DNA of 64,000 nucleotides from an uncultured Eubacteriales bacterium (GTDB lineage Bacteria; Bacillota; Clostridia; Christensenellales; UBA1242): NCBI GenBank assembly GCA_902476355.1, contig CABSCS010000007.1, positions 3,503 to 67,502 of the forward strand, read 5' to 3'. Shown piece by piece: positions 55,214 to 64,000 of this stretch (position 1 is its first letter; each line of letters starts with the position of its first letter). The notes under the pieces were generated by a model. It saw only the letters and a program-made list of their open reading frames with translations, ran no database searches and was not told where the DNA came from. The position numbers and the translations under genes were made by a program.

Positions 55214-55723
55214 ATGAATACACAGAAATTAGGCAAACCAACCGATCAAAGAATGGCTATGGTTAGTAACCTTGCAAGTGATTTAATTTGGCATGGCAGA
55301 ATTGAAACAACTCTTGACAGAGCCAAAGCCGCTTCAAGATATGCTGAAAAATGCATCACTCTTGCTGTTCGTTCATATAAAGATGTTGTAACTGAAGAAA
55401 AAGTTGTTAAAGACGAAAAAGGAAAAGAAAAAACAGTTACAATTTCTAAAGATGGTCCACAAAAACTTGCTGCAAGAAGAAAACTCCTTGCAATGCTTGA
55501 AGACAGACAAGAACAAAGAGTAAAAGGCGAGAAAAAGGCTGCATTCAAGGCTCGTAAAGGCGACATTCAAGATCCACTCATCGAAAAATTGTTCGAAGAC
55601 CTTGCTCCTAAATATGCTCAAAGAGCAGAAGAAAAAGGAACAGCAGGTGGATATACAAGAGTAATCAAAACTGCTCTTCGTCGTGGCGACAATGCACAAC
55701 TTGCAATTGTTGAACTTGTATAA
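55214..55723 (+). CDS. rplQ: 50S ribosomal protein L17 (with internal Lys/Glu-rich insertion)
   Basis: ..LGKPTDQR.AM..NLA..LI.HGRIETT...AK......EK.IT.A. 169 aa versus about 115-125 typical. Confidence 0.9.
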   Translation: MNTQKLGKPTDQRMAMVSNLASDLIWHGRIETTLDRAKAASRYAEKCITLAVRSYKDVVTEEKVVKDEKGKEKTVTISKDGPQKLAARRKLLAMLEDRQEQRVKGEKKAAFKARKGDIQDPLIEKLFEDLAPKYAQRAEEKGTAGGYTRVIKTALRRGDNAQLAIVELV

Positions 55724-55737
55724 TAAAGATTGAAACA

Positions 55738-55770
55738 TAAAAAGACAACCAAATATGGCTGTCTTTTTTC
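55738..55770 (+). terminator. rho-independent terminator after rplQ
   Basis: agacaacc-aaatat-ggctgtct followed by T6. Confidence 0.7.
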
Positions 55771-56020
55771 TTTGCTTAAAAATCATAAGCAAAATATCAA
55801 TAAAGCCAAAACAAACCCCCGAAACTCCAAATTTTAGCCCTAAAATAGTAAAAAATCACAGCAATTTCATAAGAATATTCACAAAATCACATAAAACAAA
55901 AAACAACGCCCACGAAACTCTGCTTTTCATTCTTAAAATTAAAGAAGAATCCATAAATTTGGTAAAATAGCATATTTTATTTGTTGATTGAAAGAAATAT
56001 CCACTCAATGTAAGTTTTTG

Positions 56021-56096
56021 GCTTGCCATCATGTGAGCAAGGCTAACTATCATGCGACCAGCGGTCGATATCATGCAACGAACGTTGCTGGTTGTC
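56021..56096 (+). repeat. three ATCATG boxes at exact 21-bp phasing, each followed by a short hairpin
   Basis: ATCATG at 56028, 56049 and 56070. Hairpins: cttgc..gcaag, cgacc-agc-ggtcg, gcaacg-aa-cgttgc. Located 170-240 nt upstream of the 56264 gene. Confidence 0.8.
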
Positions 56097-56263
56097 AATA
56101 AATGAGTGTGAGAAAGTAACTAAACAGTAAAAAAATAAGAAAAATACTAAAAACAACCATATTTTATTTGACAAAACATTAAGGGAGGGTGCTATTATAA
56201 GAGCGAATAAAAATATGCTTGAATTATGTCCGCTTGAAATCTTGAAAAAATTGAGGAAAACAT

Positions 56264-59152
56264 ATGAAAAAGACATTAAAGAAAATAATTTTGTCTGCCT
56301 TTGTTGCCGTGATAAGCCTTGGGCTTATTTTTTGCTTGGGGTTCAATGCTGTTTGCGTTGAAAGTGCAATGGCAGACGCTGTGAATGGTGGCGGATTTTA
56401 TGTTGGTTCTTCTTCAACTTTGACAATTGAGGGTAAAAAGAATCTTTCGGGATTTGTTGCATCAAGCGATGGTGGTGGAATTTACAACCTTGGAACCCTC
56501 AATATAAATGGAGGAACAATCTCGGGCAACACCGCAACCTCTCTTGGCGGAGGGGTGTATTCGGCAAATAATTTCACCATGACTGATGGCACAATTTCAG
56601 ACAACACTGCTGCAAGTGGTGGAGGTTTGGCAATTACAAGCAATTTGATATATATCACTGGCGGAACAATTGCTGGAAACACAGCAACAAGCAATGCGGG
56701 TGGACTGCTTGTGAAAGGCTGTGGCGTTGACTATAGAAATGGCTCAATCGCCGGGAACAACGCCGATTGTGGTGGCGGAGTTGGCATTGATGGCGGAACA
56801 TTTCAACTTAATTCTGGCTCAATTTCGGGCAATAAAGCAACAACTCGTGGCGGTGGTCTTTATATTTTTGGTGGTGATTCTTCATCTTTCAGTTTAACAA
56901 ATGGGACAATTTCTGGTAACTCTGCAAAATATGGTGGCGGTATTTATCTTGAAACTGGCACTTTCACAATGAGTGGCGGAACAATTTCGGACAACACTTC
57001 AAGTGGGGCTGGCGCTGCAATTTATGTGAAAAATGGAAAATTCACCATGGACGGCGGTGTAATTATAAACAACACCTCAACAAGCGCATCAAGTAATTAT
57101 GATATTTACGGAGCGAGGGGTTCATCTGTCTATTTGAATGCGGGCACAGTCTCTGGAAAAATTGGTGGACGCGGTACATTTTATGTTGATATAAAGAATT
57201 TTAACTTTGATGGCACATATCAATTGAGAGAGGGTGCAACTGTTGTAATCAAAAATTATAGCGGTGAAAAGTTAAACATTGAAAATGTCGATTGCACTGG
57301 TGCATTTTTGCAATTTGAAAACTGCACAAGCGCTCCAACTCTTTCAAACCTTTCAATTTCTGGTTATGATTCAGATTTATACGAAGTAAAACTTAACCAA
57401 GTGGACAGCACAACCTACAATTGTGAGCTTGTAAGTAAGGTTTCATATAATGAACCAGAAGGTTCAGTGAAATCAAATGTAAACATAACAAGGGGAGAGG
57501 GAATATTTATTAACACTTGGTATGATGAGGTTTACGCTTTAACAAACATTGAACCAAAAGCATTGAGGAGTATTCAATTTAGATATGCTTCATCAGATGG
57601 GATATTGAATTTTGCTGATAGATATGATGGGGAGTTTGTTTGTTTAGATGGATGCGAATCATTAATTCTTCTTGGTACAATGGAGTCCGGAATCAAGGTG
57701 TGCACGTGCAGTGGAAGGCATGAAAATTTAGTGTTTTTATATGATAAACAAATTTATGCTTGTGAAGTGATGGAAAATGCTTTTAGTGCTGAAATATTGC
57801 AAAGTTTGAAAAGTTTGATTTTTGAAAATTTTGATACAAGTAGAACGCTTGTAATGGAAGGTATGTTCAAAGGTTTAAATCTTCAGAAATTGGATTTGTC
57901 CGGGTTTAACACGGAAAAGACTATTTTATATAATGGAATGTTCGCAAATTGTTCAATAGAGAGCCTTGATATTTCAAATTTTACAATTAGACCGACTGTA
58001 AAAATCAATAATGTATCCAATAAAGTCGGTGTTAAAGATTTTCTTTCGCTTAATGCAAAAGTTCTTAAATATCTTTATACCCCCAAATATGTTGCTTCTA
58101 GCTTTGGAATAAGAATTGGTGATGCGACAACAAAATTTTATGATGCTGTTGGTGTTGATACTTATAATGACACACATGCTGTTCTTTTGCCGGATTATAC
58201 ACATGGTTCAAGAACATATGTTCGTGCTGTGCCAACCATTTTAAATGATAGTTCTGATACATTGATTCAAGATATTATGGGGAGATATATTTCATCAGCC
58301 GAGACGGGAATGAGAATAAAATTTGCATTTGAGGCGCCTGAAACATATTGTCGTTTAGTTGAGACAGGGATTTTGGGAATCAATATATATTCCCATATAT
58401 ACAATGATGTTAGTTTGCCACTTGAGCTTGTTATTGTCTCTCCATCTTTGTTTATGTTTCCAAAAAATTCAGAAAGATTGTTTAGTGCAAACTCTAACAT
58501 TAGTAATTATGATAAAATAGTGGCTTGGAGATTTCAGAATATATGTACTGATGCGGTAGAGGTGATGCCAGAAATGTTTGTGCGCAGTAAAAGCCTTGAA
58601 CATGTTTATGGTCTGCAAAACTTTCATTTCACATGTTTACAAACAACTACTGGAATGTTTGCTGAATGTTCATCATTGAAGACTATAAATTTCTATGAAA
58701 AACAAACTGCTGTAATGATAAGAGAAGCGACTGCAATGTTTTATGGTTGTTCTTCTTTGGAATATATAAACATGAAAGGTTTAAAACTTGACAGTTCTTG
58801 TACCATTTCAGATTTTTTGACTGGTTGCACAGCATTAAATTTGATTGAAACTCCATATGGAACAAATCCCGAAATTCAACTTCCAAAAACATTGTCGACA
58901 GCAAAAGGAACAGAATATACATCGATTCCTGCAAATCTTTCTTCATCATTGATGTTGATGGTAAGAATAAGTGGTGCCCCACCATATTACGACTTTGCCA
59001 ACGAATCAACTTCTCTTGCTTCTAGTGACAGCGTAAAGAAAATTGATAAAATCAACTTTTGGAGTGGATATTCTGCTTTCGCTTTAATTTGCATAAGCGC
59101 AATTGCATATCCGATTTATGAGGACAGAAAACGCAAAATGAAAAAGAGATAG
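56264..59152 (+). CDS. large surface protein: signal peptide, Pmp-like parallel beta-helix repeats, BspA-type leucine-rich repeats, C-terminal TM anchor
   Basis: N-terminal signal/TM segment. About 10 repeats of GGG(I/V/L)Y....L.I.GGTISGNTA. Later (M)F..C.SL..I(N/D) LRR units. C-terminal hydrophobic helix followed by KRKMKKR. Confidence 0.7.
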   Translation: MKKTLKKIILSAFVAVISLGLIFCLGFNAVCVESAMADAVNGGGFYVGSSSTLTIEGKKNLSGFVASSDGGGIYNLGTLNINGGTISGNTATSLGGGVYSANNFTMTDGTISDNTAASGGGLAITSNLIYITGGTIAGNTATSNAGGLLVKGCGVDYRNGSIAGNNADCGGGVGIDGGTFQLNSGSISGNKATTRGGGLYIFGGDSSSFSLTNGTISGNSAKYGGGIYLETGTFTMSGGTISDNTSSGAGAAIYVKNGKFTMDGGVIINNTSTSASSNYDIYGARGSSVYLNAGTVSGKIGGRGTFYVDIKNFNFDGTYQLREGATVVIKNYSGEKLNIENVDCTGAFLQFENCTSAPTLSNLSISGYDSDLYEVKLNQVDSTTYNCELVSKVSYNEPEGSVKSNVNITRGEGIFINTWYDEVYALTNIEPKALRSIQFRYASSDGILNFADRYDGEFVCLDGCESLILLGTMESGIKVCTCSGRHENLVFLYDKQIYACEVMENAFSAEILQSLKSLIFENFDTSRTLVMEGMFKGLNLQKLDLSGFNTEKTILYNGMFANCSIESLDISNFTIRPTVKINNVSNKVGVKDFLSLNAKVLKYLYTPKYVASSFGIRIGDATTKFYDAVGVDTYNDTHAVLLPDYTHGSRTYVRAVPTILNDSSDTLIQDIMGRYISSAETGMRIKFAFEAPETYCRLVETGILGINIYSHIYNDVSLPLELVIVSPSLFMFPKNSERLFSANSNISNYDKIVAWRFQNICTDAVEVMPEMFVRSKSLEHVYGLQNFHFTCLQTTTGMFAECSSLKTINFYEKQTAVMIREATAMFYGCSSLEYINMKGLKLDSSCTISDFLTGCTALNLIETPYGTNPEIQLPKTLSTAKGTEYTSIPANLSSSLMLMVRISGAPPYYDFANESTSLASSDSVKKIDKINFWSGYSAFALICISAIAYPIYEDRKRKMKKR

Positions 59153-59242
59153 ATTGGTTTTGTGAGTTGTGAAAATGTGTTTTAACTTTTGTTGGGATAT
59201 GTTTTTGCGATGAAATGAACCATATCATCAATATTATTAAAT

Positions 59243-59272
59243 AAAATGACACCGTTTGGTGTCATTTTTATT
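59243..59272 (+). terminator. rho-independent terminator
   Basis: aaatgacacc-gttt-ggtgtcattt followed by T run. Confidence 0.8.
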
Positions 59273-59472
59273 GTGTGTTTTTAAGTTGTTTTGCACACAA
59301 AATTCAGATTTGTCATTTTTGTTTTGCTTTTGTGAAAAACTTTGCTATAATTTGGATATAAACAAGGTGGAGTGTTTTCAGTTTTCGAAAGACTGCGGTT
59401 TTGTTTTAAAAAACAGATTTGTTAAAAGCAAATTTGAAAAAGAAAAATTGACAATTATACAAGGCAGGGAAT

Positions 59473-60387
59473 ATGGCATTTTTTAGAAAGAAAAATGATG
59501 GAAAAATTGTGAAAAACAAAAAAGTAAAGTTGGGCTTTGCTTTTGGTGGGGGCGCACTTCGTGGGCTTGCATATATTGGAGTTTTCAAGGCGTTTGAAGA
59601 ACTTGGAATCAAGCCAGACTATATTGCAGGAACCAGCGTTGGTTCAATTTTTGGTGCACTTCTTTCAGCGGGTTTTTCGTCTGATCAAGTTTTGGAAGAA
59701 ATGAAAAAACTCAAATTTCGCGACATCAAAAACAGCCGATTCATTTGGAAGCCATCAAACGCAGAAAACATTGAAGAGGTTTTAAAACGCGTTTTCCAAA
59801 AAGACCTTATGTTTTCTGAACTTCAAATTCCGCTTTCAATTGTTGCTGTGGACATTCGAAATGGGCAAGAGGTTGACATTACAAGCGGAAGTGTTGCAAA
59901 GGCAAGTTCGGGTTCTTGCGCTCTTCCTGGAATTTTCACCCCAGTTGTCTATAATGACATGCACCTTATGGATGGAGGCTTAAAAAACGTTGTTCCAGCC
60001 GATGTTGTGCGTGAGATGGGTGCTAATGTGGTTATTGCGTTCGATGTGAACCGTACACGTGGAATTGGAACTGATTCGTTGAAAATGTTAGACGTTTTGA
60101 AGGGCTCTCTTGGAATTATCATGCAAGCGAATGTTGAAAAGAAACTTGAAGATGCAGACCTGATTTTGATGCCAAATCTTGACCGTTTCAGTGCGTCTAA
60201 ACTTGGTGACATTGACGCAATGATAAAGGCGGGCTATGACAACGTTATGAACAATAAAGATGAAATCATTCGTCTGATTTCTTCTCGCCCTAAACTTAAA
60301 ATTTATAAACTTGCGCGAAAATATCGCACCGCAAGAATGAAAGTGAATGCAAAAGGAAAAACCGAAGATGAAGAAAGAGTTCAATAA
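59473..60387 (+). CDS. patatin-like phospholipase
   Basis: GFAFGGGALRG (oxyanion GGxR), GTSVGS (GxSxG), and MDGG (catalytic Asp). Confidence 0.85.
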   Translation: MAFFRKKNDGKIVKNKKVKLGFAFGGGALRGLAYIGVFKAFEELGIKPDYIAGTSVGSIFGALLSAGFSSDQVLEEMKKLKFRDIKNSRFIWKPSNAENIEEVLKRVFQKDLMFSELQIPLSIVAVDIRNGQEVDITSGSVAKASSGSCALPGIFTPVVYNDMHLMDGGLKNVVPADVVREMGANVVIAFDVNRTRGIGTDSLKMLDVLKGSLGIIMQANVEKKLEDADLILMPNLDRFSASKLGDIDAMIKAGYDNVMNNKDEIIRLISSRPKLKIYKLARKYRTARMKVNAKGKTEDEERVQ

Positions 60388-61657
60388 AAAAGTATTTCTC
60401 ACAAAATTTATTTTGATTGTTGTTCTTGGAATCATAATGGGCGTTTCATGCTTGTTTTCAAGCCAAATTGAAACCGCTCTTGGAATTGGAAATAAGTCGG
60501 CATCAATGTCGGCAAAAGAAGAAATTGTTGACGGGCTGAAAGTGCACTATCTTGACGTTGGCCAGGGCGACTGCACCTTTATTCAGTTTCCAGACAACAC
60601 AACAATGATGATAGACGCAAGCATTGCTTCATATTCAAGCCATATTATCGAATATGTTCAAGGCCTTGGCGTTTCGCAAATTGACTATTTTGTTTTGACA
60701 CACTCTGACAACGACCATGTTGGCGGAGCAAAAGCAGTTTTTGACACGTTTGAAATTGTAAACGTATATCGTCCATTTCAAATTGCAGTGAAAAAGGTTG
60801 GAAACGAGATGAGTGCCATTGAAGAAGAGAAACTTAAAGATTATTACCCAGGCGATGTTCAAACCGCAACCAACAATTCATATTTAAACTTTATCAGAAG
60901 TGCTTATTCTGAAACTTACACAAAAGACGGGGCAGAGCACAACGCAAATGTCACTGTTTCATATGACGGCATTGTAATTTCATCAACCATTGCAAGCGTT
61001 TCTTTCACTTTTGAGTTCTTTGCGCCACTCATTCGCGCGGGAGGTTTTGAAATTGATTATGCATCAACTTCAACCCATGGCTATCCAACAAAGAACAATG
61101 GAAATGCAAACGATTCAAGCCCAGTGATGCTTCTTGAATATAGCGACAAAAGTTTTGTTTTCACAGGAGATGCAAGCGAAACTGTTGAGAAAGAAGTGAT
61201 GAACACTCTTAACGAAACCGAGAAAGCTCGTTTCAAAAACATCGATGTCATGCAGGCAGGTCACCACGGAAGCCGTTACAGCAACTGTGAAGAATTTTTG
61301 GCACTTGTTTCTCCAAACTATTTTGTTGTAAGTGCAGGCAAGGACAACCGCTATGGTCACCCTCATCAAGAGGTGATAGACCGCGTGAAAGCGCTTCCAC
61401 ACACTGTTTCAGACTATTTACTTGTAACCTATGAGTCGGGCGACATTTTGTTTGGGCTTGACAAAAACGGAAACTTGATTTATGCCGCAAATGCAAGCGG
61501 TTCGGGCATCACGGTTTATTATTGGGAAATTGCACTTGGAATTTTTGTTCTTGGAACAATTATAATTTTGAGTGTGAAAGTTACAAAAAACAAAAAAGCA
61601 ACTGCAAAAAGAGCAGTTTCAACAACAAAAAAGACACTGAAAAAATATTCAAAATAA
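60368..61657 (+). CDS. ComEC/Rec2-related metallo-beta-lactamase-fold membrane-anchored hydrolase
   Basis: N-terminal TM. VHYLDVGQGDCTFIQ and LTHSDNDHVGG (HxHxDH-like), then a later GHHGS. C-terminal TM. Start could alternatively be 60347. Confidence 0.7.
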   Translation: MKKEFNKKVFLTKFILIVVLGIIMGVSCLFSSQIETALGIGNKSASMSAKEEIVDGLKVHYLDVGQGDCTFIQFPDNTTMMIDASIASYSSHIIEYVQGLGVSQIDYFVLTHSDNDHVGGAKAVFDTFEIVNVYRPFQIAVKKVGNEMSAIEEEKLKDYYPGDVQTATNNSYLNFIRSAYSETYTKDGAEHNANVTVSYDGIVISSTIASVSFTFEFFAPLIRAGGFEIDYASTSTHGYPTKNNGNANDSSPVMLLEYSDKSFVFTGDASETVEKEVMNTLNETEKARFKNIDVMQAGHHGSRYSNCEEFLALVSPNYFVVSAGKDNRYGHPHQEVIDRVKALPHTVSDYLLVTYESGDILFGLDKNGNLIYAANASGSGITVYYWEIALGIFVLGTIIILSVKVTKNKKATAKRAVSTTKKTLKKYSK

Positions 61658-61763
61658 TTGGCAAATAATCGTCATAAAAAATCTTTAATCTGTGAGAAAA
61701 TGCAATCAAAATGTATGTTTATATGCAAAAATGTGTGCGTTTTTTGCAAAAACACTTTTTTGG

Positions 61764-61792
61764 TTGAAACACCCGAAAAAATATGCTATAAT
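61764..61792 (+). promoter_or_regulatory. sigma-A-type promoter
   Basis: TTGAAA-17 nt-TATAAT. Confidence 0.55.
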
Positions 61793-61811
61793 CATAGGAG
61801 AAAGGAGAGTT

Positions 61812-62342
61812 ATGGTTCAAAACATTGCAATTGTTTCGTTTAAAAGTGGACAGGCATATAATGTTGCCAAGGTTCTTGCTGGGCAACTTGACATGTCTTT
61901 TCTTGACACGGTTGAACTTTTTGAGTTTGACAATGCACCAAGAACCCAGTCGGACATGATCAGAGAATTTGGGCTTACACTTTATAAAAAGAAAATCCGC
62001 TCAACTGTGAAATATGCAAGTTTTTTTGAAAACACAGTTATCAATGTTGACATTTCTGCGCTCTATTCAAACAACGTTTTGGACATTGTGAAAAACAATT
62101 GCTTGCTTATTTATCTAAACAATGGAACAAAAAGGGTTTATAACTTTTTACAAAAGCAAAACTATCAAACCAAAGAACTCAAAAAACTTTATAAACTCAG
62201 TCTTGACCAAGTTGAAAAACGCAACCGTCAAATCAAGGATAAGGCAGACATAACTCTTAATGTTTCAGCCGCCCATGATCATGATCTTAAAATTGCGAGT
62301 GAAGTTATAAGACACATTAAAGAATTTTATGGCATAAGATAA
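61812..62342 (+). CDS. shikimate-kinase-like protein with degenerate P-loop
   Basis: The ATG at 61812 follows aaaggagag. NIAIVSFKSGQAYNVAKVLAGQLDMSFLDTVELFE aligns by eye to AroK (IvLiGfmGsGKStvgr.LA..L...F.DtD.lIE), but the Walker A GxxGxGKS/T is lost. Confidence 0.4.
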   Translation: MVQNIAIVSFKSGQAYNVAKVLAGQLDMSFLDTVELFEFDNAPRTQSDMIREFGLTLYKKKIRSTVKYASFFENTVINVDISALYSNNVLDIVKNNCLLIYLNNGTKRVYNFLQKQNYQTKELKKLYKLSLDQVEKRNRQIKDKADITLNVSAAHDHDLKIASEVIRHIKEFYGIR

Positions 62343-62361
62343 AAAAAATTGTCAAAAACTA

Positions 62362-62390
62362 TTTACAAATGCAAAAAGTTTGTGTATAAT
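62362..62390 (+). promoter_or_regulatory. sigma-A-type promoter (extended -10)
   Basis: TTTACA-17 nt-TATAAT with TGTG immediately upstream. Confidence 0.55.
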
Positions 62391-62413
62391 CACACGCAAT
62401 TGGAGAAAATTTT

Positions 62414-62629
62414 ATGGCAAACACTACAAAAAAATCAAACAAAATCTGGGTTGACGGAAACACTCTTGTTAAAATTGACGGCGAAAAAATGGTTGATTTT
62501 GAACTTAACGGAAATGGCTATTCTGCAAAACTTAAAGCATTCATTGCAAAGCGTGACAAAGCGCTTGAAGAAGCAAGCAAAGCAAAAACCGTTAAAAAGG
62601 TTGTTGAAGCCGAACCAGGAATGGAATAA
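62414..62629 (+). CDS. hypothetical small protein (71 aa)
   Basis: RBS ttggagaaaatttt. Own promoter and terminator. No motif recognised. Confidence 0.5.
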   Translation: MANTTKKSNKIWVDGNTLVKIDGEKMVDFELNGNGYSAKLKAFIAKRDKALEEASKAKTVKKVVEAEPGME

Positions 62630-62652
62630 TATAAAGAAATATAAGAAAAATT

Positions 62653-62681
62653 TGATGCAAAAAGTTGCATCATTTTTTTTT
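62653..62681 (+). terminator. rho-independent terminator
   Basis: tgatgcaa-aaag-ttgcatca followed by T9. Confidence 0.8.
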
Positions 62682-62823
62682 GCAAATTTTCAAGCATTTT
62701 CATCAAATAATTTTGTATAGTTTGCATAAAATTTTTTGGAAAAATCATTAGCATATGTGGCTTTGTTGTGCTATAATTGCAAGTCCGTGCCCAAGAGAAA
62801 GGCTAATTTTAGGGGAGGGGAAA

Positions 62824-63852
62824 ATGCGGAAAAAGAAAAAATTGTTATTCATTTTTGCGTCTGTTTTAATTTGCTTTATAACGATTTTTAGTGTTATCAT
62901 GGCAGTGCCTCGCAAAAACAAAACAGCACTTGCTTTTGTTGAAAGTGGCGAACTTTCAATGAGTGCCGATGCTGATAACACAGGTTCATATTCAATTTTT
63001 GGAATTGATGAAGACTTTGATTATTATGCTTTGACTTGCGCAACAAAAGAGCGTGCTGAAAACATGAAAAATCAAATTCAAAAGAAATCTAAACTTGACA
63101 CTTCGATTTGGACAAGAATTAAAGATTCAACAATCGATTTTGAAAACAAAGGGGCAGTTCTAATTGTAAAGGTTGTGCCTTTGACAAACGAAATCAAAAA
63201 CTACAAAATCATGATAAATCCTCTTGCAAGGCAGGGCGAACATGTTGTTGTTTGCACTTTGAAACGCTCGCAAGATTTTGAAAACGGATTTGCAATCAAC
63301 GATTTTGGAACAATGAAACAAAACCGCTATGAACTTGAAACCGCCTATATGGTTTCGGTTGACAGTGGCTATGGCTTTTTCATAGAAGTATATGGCGAAA
63401 ACTTGCTTTATACCGAGAAAAACAAAATTGGAACCGAAGTTGGAAACAACTCTGAAAATCCAATTTGCAGTGACAGCCAAGAAGTTGCGCCTGCGCTGAA
63501 AGAAAACATGGCGAAAGGCAAACACTATCTTGAAGCAAAAATCTATTCGGTTGAACTTGACGATGAGGGAAAGGGCGTTGCAGGAACCGAACGAATAGAG
63601 TTCACAATTGTTTTAAAGGTTGAAATTCAAAAAGGCGAAGCATCGCTTGTTCCAACAATTTCCGAAACTGGAAACAACGGAACACAAGCATATAATCTAT
63701 CAAAAGGAGACATCTTTGGCATTATCATCGCGTCGGTTCTTGGCGTGTTCACACTTCTTTACATTTTCGGATATGTGTTTCTATATCGAAAAGGTAAACT
63801 TGACGGACACCGTATCAGCGTGATATATCACTTTTTGCCAAAACATAATTAA
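62824..63852 (+). CDS. hypothetical bitopic/secreted protein with N-terminal signal-anchor and C-terminal TM
   Basis: The ATG at 62824 follows aggggagggg. MRKKKKLLFIFASVLICFITIF.. at the N-terminus and ..IFGIIIASVLGVFTLLYIFGYVFLY at the C-terminus. Confidence 0.55.
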   Translation: MRKKKKLLFIFASVLICFITIFSVIMAVPRKNKTALAFVESGELSMSADADNTGSYSIFGIDEDFDYYALTCATKERAENMKNQIQKKSKLDTSIWTRIKDSTIDFENKGAVLIVKVVPLTNEIKNYKIMINPLARQGEHVVVCTLKRSQDFENGFAINDFGTMKQNRYELETAYMVSVDSGYGFFIEVYGENLLYTEKNKIGTEVGNNSENPICSDSQEVAPALKENMAKGKHYLEAKIYSVELDDEGKGVAGTERIEFTIVLKVEIQKGEASLVPTISETGNNGTQAYNLSKGDIFGIIIASVLGVFTLLYIFGYVFLYRKGKLDGHRISVIYHFLPKHN

Positions 63853-63876
63853 AATGAAAAACACAAAAATCATCAA

Positions 63877-63920
63877 GCCGACTTACAGGAAAAGTTCTTC
63901 TCTGTGGTCGGCGTTTTTTT
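63877..63920 (+). terminator. rho-independent terminator
   Basis: gccgac...gtcggc stem with an inner helix, followed by T7. Confidence 0.65.
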
Positions 63921-64000
63921 CGTAAAAAAATTGGTATTTTCTTTATAAATTTTTATTTTTTATCATTTCTGGCTTGTTGACATATTTTTCATGATTTATT

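Noticed and set aside
55856-56276. Minus-strand ORFs 55856..56098 and 56043..56276 in the rplQ-adhesin spacer
   Set aside because: They have no RBS and junk-like composition, and they overlap the phased repeat array and the adhesin promoter and start. The region is treated as non-coding regulatory DNA.
1-64000. CRISPR arrays, rRNA genes, integrases/transposases or prophage structural genes
   Set aside because: None were recognised on either strand. The only regular short repeats are the 14-nt x2 tandem at 18042 and the 21-bp phased boxes at 56028. Neither has CRISPR repeat-spacer architecture.

Overview
64-kb chromosomal segment from a low-GC, Gram-positive-type (Firmicutes/Clostridia-like) bacterium using the standard genetic code. 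TAG, TAA and TGA all act as stops, and many TAG stops overlap the next gene's TAGGAGG ribosome-binding site.

Core content:
- gltX 3' end, lysC-dapA, and a folD-thyA-folA-gmk block.
- ndk, prfB (canonical +1 frameshift), tsaD, and a tRNA-Met/tRNA-Glu pair.
- A contiguous translation supercluster at 37.1-55.7 kb: rpmG-secE-nusG-rplK-rplA, then directly the S10-spc-alpha operons through rplQ.
- No rRNA, CRISPR array, integrase or transposase was seen.

Accessory or unusual content:
1. A 10.8-18.4 kb block abuts a tRNA-Glu whose 3' 24 nt (26 nt with flank) is duplicated 304 bp away, which looks like an att-type scar. The block has a nucleotide/NAD theme: histidine phosphatase, an HEPN-like ORF, HIT hydrolase, an HTH-P-loop-CYTH fusion and an ADP-ribosylglycohydrolase. 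Convergent to these are two small ORFs. One has a pertussis/cholera-toxin-like R/S/ExE motif layout. I consider this the best candidate for an undescribed reversible ADP-ribosylation toxin/immunity-type system.
2. A conspicuously AT-rich single-gene insertion encodes a coiled-coil protein with a C-terminal GIY-YIG nuclease domain (1.5-3.1 kb).
3. A 295-bp insert lies between rpsE and rpmD. It is stop-free in the rpmD frame and encodes Lys/Ala/Thr-rich sequence, but it has no start codon of any usual kind.
4. Several large lineage-specific hypothetical proteins, including a 1198-aa membrane-anchored repeat protein, an HExxH protein, and a 962-aa beta-helix plus LRR surface protein.

All functional calls come from reading motifs by eye. 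No database search was run.
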